DNA from: a virus
IMG/VR virus record: IMGVR_UViG_3300045825_000261
Span: 21,175 to 85,174 of that record
Length of the DNA: 64,000 nucleotides
Reading direction: 5' to 3' (one strand)
A program made the translations under genes and the position numbers. Below the pieces are notes generated by a model. The model was not told the DNA's origin and made no database searches. It worked only from the letters and a program-made list of their open reading frames with translations. Below, piece by piece: positions 58,926-64,000 of the stretch (the first letter of the stretch is position 1; every line of letters starts with the position of its first letter).

Positions 58926-60581
58926 TTACTTCGTTTTGTCCGTCACCTGCCCCTGCCTGCTTTCGCTTGCTGGCTTTGCCTGTGCCGTCTTCTTTGCTGC
59001 ACCGCCCTTGATAGAGATTGAGTCAGACTCCTTCCCGTTCGTTGCGGCCATTTGAGTTGCCAACTCGATTGGGTCAGCAGGCCAATCCTTAATGCCGTCC
59101 TCGATATTCTTACGGAGCTCTTTGGTCAGTTGAGGGAATAGCTTGTCAACCAGCATTTTCATTTGCTCTTGACGAATCTCATCAGGTGCGTCCACCAACA
59201 TCAGTTTCGATGCAATGTCGAACTCGTCATACAGTCCACGTGTGTCGAAGTTGTCGGGGTATGTAACGAGCCGATCGCTCTCGTCCAACGACTGACCATT
59301 CCACAACGCTACAAGCTCAATGATTCGGTTTTCAATTACCTCAAGACTGTCTGCCTTGGCCGCCAACAGAGCATTCACTCGCTCAAAGTCATAAGCCTTA
59401 GCAACGCCGCTTGAGTTGTCTATTCCAACCGCATTATCTTGCTTTGTGCGCTCACCAGCCAAACCAACCGTGTGGTAAATCTCCGCAATAATCTTGTTGA
59501 CCACTTCGAGAATCAAAGTCGCCTGACGAGGGTCTGGGGATAGAAAGAATGGCTGTGAGCCACCTTCGCCGTCGTATAGGAACACTCGCTTAGTTCCCAT
59601 TTCTACAAGCTTGGTGTAATTGTCCTCCCCTGGTAGCACGTTTTGCGCCGGCATAGCCAATTGAGAATATGTTTGATCCTGAATTATTGCATCTAGGTTC
59701 GAGAGGTAGTTGGCAATGGCGCGATCAAGATACGCAATATCGTCAATCATCGCCTGAGCTTCATATTCCTCGTCGGAAATAATATGGTCCGCTATAATCA
59801 CAGGAACCGCGCCGAGCTCATGTTCAGCCTCACCCTCAAGAATAACGGTAACTTTGCGCCCTTGTTTCTCTTCGCGGTAAAGCTTCCAGTCAGTCTTTGT
59901 CCACAACCGATAGCGGTAATCCTCATCGCCTGATGAAGTGAATGGGTCAGCGTCGTCTCGAACGCATTCTCTAATTAGAACCCATTGCAGTTCTCCGTTA
60001 TCGTCATAACTGTAGTCTAGCAAGTGCTCAGGCGTAACAATGTAAGCGTAAGCTCTTGCGCCGATACGCTTCTCGTCCGCCTTTGAAATAACTTTATCTG
60101 TCAATGCGGTCATATCCACCACTACCGCCACACGACCGTAGATTGATGTCTTCTTACTAATTTGTCGAGCCAAGTCATTCACTGACAAGCCGTTCTTGGT
60201 AGACTTTTTCCAGAAAGCCTTGACGTGATCTGGTGCGTCATCGCTGCGCGTGATGTTTTGCTTGAACAGATACTTGTTGATTAAGTCCACAACCTCTCGT
60301 GTGTGGTTGAATCGGTAGCAGCGCTCAATTCGATCGCCATGCTCCTGATTGCCTTCCTTGATGTAGCGAAAGATGTTGCTCTTAAACCACTCGCGCCCAC
60401 CTTCATAAGTGTCCTCAAGAAATTCCCAATGATTCTCGTTTTCTTCGTACTCAGGGTGACGACGAGCAATCAGGGTCTTTAGCCTCTTCTGCTCATCTGT
60501 AATGACCCCAGTTGACGTGGAGTCGATTCCCTTTGGGTCGATGTTGGCAGAAGTGCCTTGTTTTGGAGTTTTCGTTTTCAT
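58926..60581 (-). CDS. portal protein
   Basis: HPEY..W.FL..YEGG, LGAVPV, SGVAK; follows TerL. Confidence 0.88.
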   Translation of the reverse strand: MKTKTPKQGTSANIDPKGIDSTSTGVITDEQKRLKTLIARRHPEYEENENHWEFLEDTYEGGREWFKSNIFRYIKEGNQEHGDRIERCYRFNHTREVVDLINKYLFKQNITRSDDAPDHVKAFWKKSTKNGLSVNDLARQISKKTSIYGRVAVVVDMTALTDKVISKADEKRIGARAYAYIVTPEHLLDYSYDDNGELQWVLIRECVRDDADPFTSSGDEDYRYRLWTKTDWKLYREEKQGRKVTVILEGEAEHELGAVPVIIADHIISDEEYEAQAMIDDIAYLDRAIANYLSNLDAIIQDQTYSQLAMPAQNVLPGEDNYTKLVEMGTKRVFLYDGEGGSQPFFLSPDPRQATLILEVVNKIIAEIYHTVGLAGERTKQDNAVGIDNSSGVAKAYDFERVNALLAAKADSLEVIENRIIELVALWNGQSLDESDRLVTYPDNFDTRGLYDEFDIASKLMLVDAPDEIRQEQMKMLVDKLFPQLTKELRKNIEDGIKDWPADPIELATQMAATNGKESDSISIKGGAAKKTAQAKPASESRQGQVTDKTK

Positions 60582-60589
60582 AATTGGCG

Positions 60590-60618
60590 AGTATAAGTCA
60601 GTCGTGACTTATATGCAA
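60590..60618 (-). promoter_or_regulatory. portal promoter with perfect operator in spacer
   Basis: TTGCAT-17-TATACT; TAAGTCAGTCGTGACTTA at 60594-60611. Confidence 0.65.
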
Positions 60619-60619
60619 G

Positions 60620-61864
60620 CTACAAGGAAATACCACCCACGTCGATCTTTCTGACTGGGTATTCAAGTTCTATACAGTAGCCTCCGGCATCTGCCGAATG
60701 CTCGACGCCCGCCGCTTTGTCAACATCGCGAGTTCCCGGCTTGTAAATCGTCTGCTCAAATGCGTTGATTAGGTGCTTGCATTTCGCGTCTATGCGCAAT
60801 CTAACAGAGCCATTCGCTGCGCGTAGCATTCGGTTCACGCTGTTAACGCGATCAGCGATAAAGGGGTGCTTTTTGCGATACTTAATGCGCTTCAATCCAC
60901 TCTCGCGAAGAATGTCCAAGTCAGTCTCGCCACGGGCGTGTTGACGCTGACCGCCTGCGGGGTCGGGGTACATGACGATCTGTTTCTGGTGACGCCAGTA
61001 CCGTTTGTCAATCTCGGCACATACCTCTTCGGTATTTGAGCCAAACAAAACTATCTCATCCACCGCCCACAGTTCGCCATTTGCCTGCGGCTGAAAGATA
61101 ACCGTGCTCATCGGGTCGATGTTGAAGTCCATGCCGATCCAGATTGGTAGAGCGGGATTGAACGCATATTTACCCACATGCTCTTTGCGGTCGAACGGGT
61201 AATACACTCGCCCGCTCATTGTCTCGAAGGATGCTTCAAACTCTTGCTTGAAGCTCTTCTCGTCCATATCTTGACGAGCCGCTTCAATTTCTGATGCCGG
61301 AATATAGGGAGACGTAATGGTTGGGAACTGCCAACTTTCCCACTGAAGCGCTTTGATCTTCTTTTTATTCTGCCCCTGCTTGTATAGCGTATAGAGGTAG
61401 TTGTACGCCTTTGGCGTACCAATGAAGATTGCGTGTCCGCCGGTGTCCGCAAGCGTTGGGCGCAATACTTGCGTCCAAGTCTCCTCGCTCATATCCTGAA
61501 ACTCGTCGAGAACCAGAAAGTGAATACCCACACCGCGCAGAGAGTCGGCCTTATCAGCGCCCTTTAACTCGATCCGCGTATTGTTGATCAGAGTGACTGA
61601 CAGCGTTGTCTCGTTTATCTTTTTGATCCACGCTTTCGGAATCGCGTCCATGAGGTCAAGCCACATAATCTGCTTCGCCATGCGGTAGGTTGGCGCAACA
61701 TACCAAATCTTTCTCTTTGGAATTTGCGCCATCTTAATAATCAGAACTCGCGAAAGTGCGGTCTTGCCCCACCGTCGGCCGGCAACAACAACGCGAAAAC
61801 GAGCCTTCGACTGAAAGACTCGCATTTGCGCGGGGTGAAGATTTAAGTGCGCCGACTGTGCCAT
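60620..61864 (-). CDS. terL: terminase large subunit
   Basis: AGRRWGKT, LRG, LDEF, GTPK, GMDFN, DPAG, HSADA. Confidence 0.95.
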   Translation of the reverse strand: MAQSAHLNLHPAQMRVFQSKARFRVVVAGRRWGKTALSRVLIIKMAQIPKRKIWYVAPTYRMAKQIMWLDLMDAIPKAWIKKINETTLSVTLINNTRIELKGADKADSLRGVGIHFLVLDEFQDMSEETWTQVLRPTLADTGGHAIFIGTPKAYNYLYTLYKQGQNKKKIKALQWESWQFPTITSPYIPASEIEAARQDMDEKSFKQEFEASFETMSGRVYYPFDRKEHVGKYAFNPALPIWIGMDFNIDPMSTVIFQPQANGELWAVDEIVLFGSNTEEVCAEIDKRYWRHQKQIVMYPDPAGGQRQHARGETDLDILRESGLKRIKYRKKHPFIADRVNSVNRMLRAANGSVRLRIDAKCKHLINAFEQTIYKPGTRDVDKAAGVEHSADAGGYCIELEYPVRKIDVGGISL

Positions 61865-62526
61865 TACTCGTCCACAACGCCGTCATCTTCCACTTCATCT
61901 TCCGCATCATCTTCGCCAACATCATTGTCTCCGTCAGAGGATGGCAGTTCGTCAAATGCGGTATGGTCACGAGAGCGAAGCTGCTCCACTTGATCCGCAG
62001 TCAGTTCTGACACGATCAAGTCTGGCAAGCCTTCGTCTTCCGAAACGTCTTCTTTATCAAGACCGAGCAGCGACCACTTCTCCTCGCGAACCTTCTTGAT
62101 GTTGTTAATTGCTGTCTCAAGCGCTTTGAGGTTTGGAAGCGATGCTGCAAATGGCACACCGCTTGTTTTAGCGTTGACAATCTCTTGCCAAGTGAGCTTG
62201 CCCAGACCGGACACCATTTTGTAGTGCTCTTCTTTTGTTTCGCGTATTCGCGCTACGAGAATGGCTGTATCTTCGACGTGCGCTTTCGCAATCTCTTCTG
62301 CAACCTTCTTACGGGTTTCGCTCGCCTTGCTGCCGCGCTTTACTTCATACTCAAACATGTGGCGCTGAATTGTTCGCGTTGATATGCCGTACTTTTCAGC
62401 AAGCGTTTCCAAAGTCATATCTCCGGACGCCCAAATAGCCTCGCACTCAGCCCAACGCTTCTTGTTCATGACGCGCTTGATCTTTGCCTTTACCGCCGCT
62501 TTTGCAATTTCTTTTTCTTCAGTCAT
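61864..62526 (-). CDS. terS: terminase small subunit
   Basis: N-terminal HTH (TLETLAEKYGISTRTI), acidic tail, coupled to TerL. Confidence 0.75.
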   Translation of the reverse strand: MTEEKEIAKAAVKAKIKRVMNKKRWAECEAIWASGDMTLETLAEKYGISTRTIQRHMFEYEVKRGSKASETRKKVAEEIAKAHVEDTAILVARIRETKEEHYKMVSGLGKLTWQEIVNAKTSGVPFAASLPNLKALETAINNIKKVREEKWSLLGLDKEDVSEDEGLPDLIVSELTADQVEQLRSRDHTAFDELPSSDGDNDVGEDDAEDEVEDDGVVDE

Positions 62527-62537
62527 TCAAGTCTCAC

Positions 62538-62566
62538 AAAAAAAAAGGGCGCAGGAGGTTGCGCCC
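62538..62566 (-). terminator. intrinsic terminator in terS leader
   Basis: GGGCGCA-ACCTCC-TGCGCCC followed by T9, ~11 nt before terS ATG. Confidence 0.75.
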
Positions 62567-62594
62567 AGTTGGTAGTAGAAACCCTACGCCGCGC

Positions 62595-62638
62595 ACCATA
62601 CCACTTGTTCCGTAAAATATCAAGTCAGTCGTGACTTA
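62595..62638 (-). promoter_or_regulatory. late promoter with operator overlapping -35
   Basis: TTGATA-17-TATGGT; palindrome at 62621-62638. Confidence 0.6.
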
Positions 62639-62671
62639 ATTGTATTCCGTTTACTTTGGAAGCCTACTTAT

Positions 62672-62793
62672 CTTTCCCAAGTAGCCTCTGCCGGCTATAA
62701 AGTTATTTGTTATTTGTTATTTGTTATTTGTTGTTAAAAATATGTATGTAATACTTATAGCCCGAGCATGGCGGCCCCAAGTCATTCCCAAGT
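62672..62793 (-). repeat. iteron/AT-rich element, copy 2 (inverted), containing (GTTATTT)x4
   Basis: Minus strand ACTTGGGAATGACTTGGGGC-N13-CTATAAGTATT...CAGAGG..TTGGGAAAG; heptamers at 62702-62729. Confidence 0.7.
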
Positions 62794-63119
62794 CATTTCA
62801 AACTATCTAAAAAATCTTCTTCCTCAACAGTAGAAACAACCCCGCGCATTGTCCCCTTTCTGGGAGACAGCGGCCCCGCGTAGTGCTTTCCCATGTGTGT
62901 TGGAATAATTGTTACGCGCATTCTTCCGCGTCGCCTCTCTTTTGATCCACGCTCCACAAGCCCCTTCTCAACCAACGCACGGATTGAAAACTGAATGGAT
63001 TGCTTTGACGGGTTGTACCCGCACCTTTCGATTACTTGATCCAGGTCGGCGTGAGTTCCGTCTGAGTTTCCCATGGCAATTACTTGAATTAGGGCAATTT
63101 GTTTTTGTGTCAGTAGCAT
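62793..63119 (-). CDS. winged-helix DNA-binding protein
   Basis: LTQKQ..DLDQVIE..SKQSIQFSIRALVEKGLVER. Confidence 0.8.
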   Translation of the reverse strand: MLLTQKQIALIQVIAMGNSDGTHADLDQVIERCGYNPSKQSIQFSIRALVEKGLVERGSKERRRGRMRVTIIPTHMGKHYAGPLSPRKGTMRGVVSTVEEEDFLDSLK

Positions 63120-63128
63120 TTCTATCTC

Positions 63129-63983
63129 TCAGTTCAGTTTTGAAAGGTCTAACGGCGTGTCCGTTGCTTGATTGTCGAAAGCCAAAAGAGGTATTCGAGC
63201 AGGTAGCTTCACTGGACTGTCCGCGATCATGTCGTAGTCGGGATTCTCGTATACGCCATACAGGGGGCTTGCGAATACCAATTGCTGCAAACTCTTCAAC
63301 AGCTTTTCTGTTGTCAGCCCGTCCACGCGATCAGTCCCATTTGCTCGATTGTTTCCCGTCTTCTCCATCGCGGAGAATGAAAAGTACGTTTTGCGCATTT
63401 CGTCCACGCACTTCACTCTCATCGCTGCCGGCATCGCGTTGATTTCGTTCATTACCCCAACAAAGTCTGTCGGCAACGACTCAAACCAGCGACGAAACCA
63501 AGCGAGACCTCGTTCATAGTTCGATGCACGACGCGGCTTAGTGAATCGTATGCCTGCCTTTGCTGCGAATGGGTTGTACTTTGACATCGAGGACTGAAAC
63601 TCTATAAAGCGCTTTCCTGTCATTCTCATCATCAAGTTTTGCATTCGATACGCAATGCCTGATCCTCGATACATCGTGTCAAGAACCAAGCGGCTATTAA
63701 GTGTCATTCGGCTATTGATCCACAGCGCTCGCTTTCGGTTTGTCATTTTTGTATCTTTGCCGTTCACGTTTGGGCGTAGATATTTTTCAAAAAGCTCATT
63801 GCGCCCACTCAGCAATAGACGAGTCACAGTCATTACCCCAACCCCAATCAGTTGGTCTCCCAACATACAGCGGTAAATGTTGGGGCCAATACCTAAGCTG
63901 TCGGCCTTATAGTGAAGCTCATGCAGTGTGTTCCAGTCCTCGATCGTGCCGCGCTCGATATAAATATCCTTAAGCAGAGACAT
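63129..63983 (-). CDS. GNAT/Mom-like acyltransferase-fold protein (may start beyond window)
   Basis: LHELHYK, SRLVLDTMYRGSGIA, SSMSKYNPF..KAG; frame is open to window end. Confidence 0.65.
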   Translation of the reverse strand: MSLLKDIYIERGTIEDWNTLHELHYKADSLGIGPNIYRCMLGDQLIGVGVMTVTRLLLSGRNELFEKYLRPNVNGKDTKMTNRKRALWINSRMTLNSRLVLDTMYRGSGIAYRMQNLMMRMTGKRFIEFQSSMSKYNPFAAKAGIRFTKPRRASNYERGLAWFRRWFESLPTDFVGVMNEINAMPAAMRVKCVDEMRKTYFSFSAMEKTGNNRANGTDRVDGLTTEKLLKSLQQLVFASPLYGVYENPDYDMIADSPVKLPARIPLLAFDNQATDTPLDLSKLN

Positions 63984-64000
63984 GCGGTGGTTCTTTGGAG

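Larger units (their letters stand above)
547..62638. promoter_or_regulatory. dispersed operator family TAAGTCA-N4-TGACTTA (~26 copies)
   Basis: 18-mers starting at 547, 821, 4885, 5761, 11833, 13827, 14212, 14956, 18731, 21865, 23171, 23205, 25083, 26765, 27163, 29167, 32503, 39266, 46241, 52664, 53560, 56891, 57902, 57949, 60594, 62621; all at gene boundaries. Confidence 0.85.
1..64000. mobile_element. temperate siphovirus genome segment (SSU5/pHCM2-like gene set), non-integrated form
   Basis: Only phage genes; phage genes on both sides of an intact attP. Confidence 0.85.

Overview
This 64-kb window is a continuous slice of a large temperate siphovirus. Its gene set and order resemble SSU5/pHCM2-like phage-plasmid relatives, with a lambda-like tail; a betaproteobacterial host is a guess. 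No host chromosomal genes are visible, and nearly everything is on the minus strand. The left part (1-26 kb) covers replication, recombination and regulation: Mre11/SbcD-like nuclease, RecA, 5'-3' exonuclease, gp32-like SSB, UvsY-like protein, DnaE fused to a UDG-like domain, sigma-like factor, CobS/CobT-like AAA+/vWA pair, XRE repressor, xis/int, intact attP, tRNA-Cys, NMP kinase, DNA ligase, primase, DnaB and an Hfq-like protein. The right part (26-64 kb) covers PhoH, a phosphoesterase, lysis, fibre/spike enzymes, the tail module, the head, terminase, a wHTH protein and a GNAT-like protein. Five observations stand out. (1) The attP core is only the anticodon stem-loop of a proteobacterial tRNA-Cys, and it sits next to a complete replacement tRNA-Cys with a recoded anticodon stem and a dead recombinase-like ORF. 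(2) About 26 polarised TAAGTCA-N4-TGACTTA palindromes lie at sigma70-type promoters, in both repressor-like and roughly -41.5 activator-like positions. (3) Two inverted copies of a ~120-bp iteron plus AT-rich element bracket the late region. (4) A phage Hfq-like gene is present, along with a ~50-nt terminated leader RNA that has an anti-SD loop. (5) A GH8-like (alpha/alpha)6 virion enzyme appears split and circularly permuted over two genes. All family assignments come from reading motifs by eye and from recollection; no searches were run.
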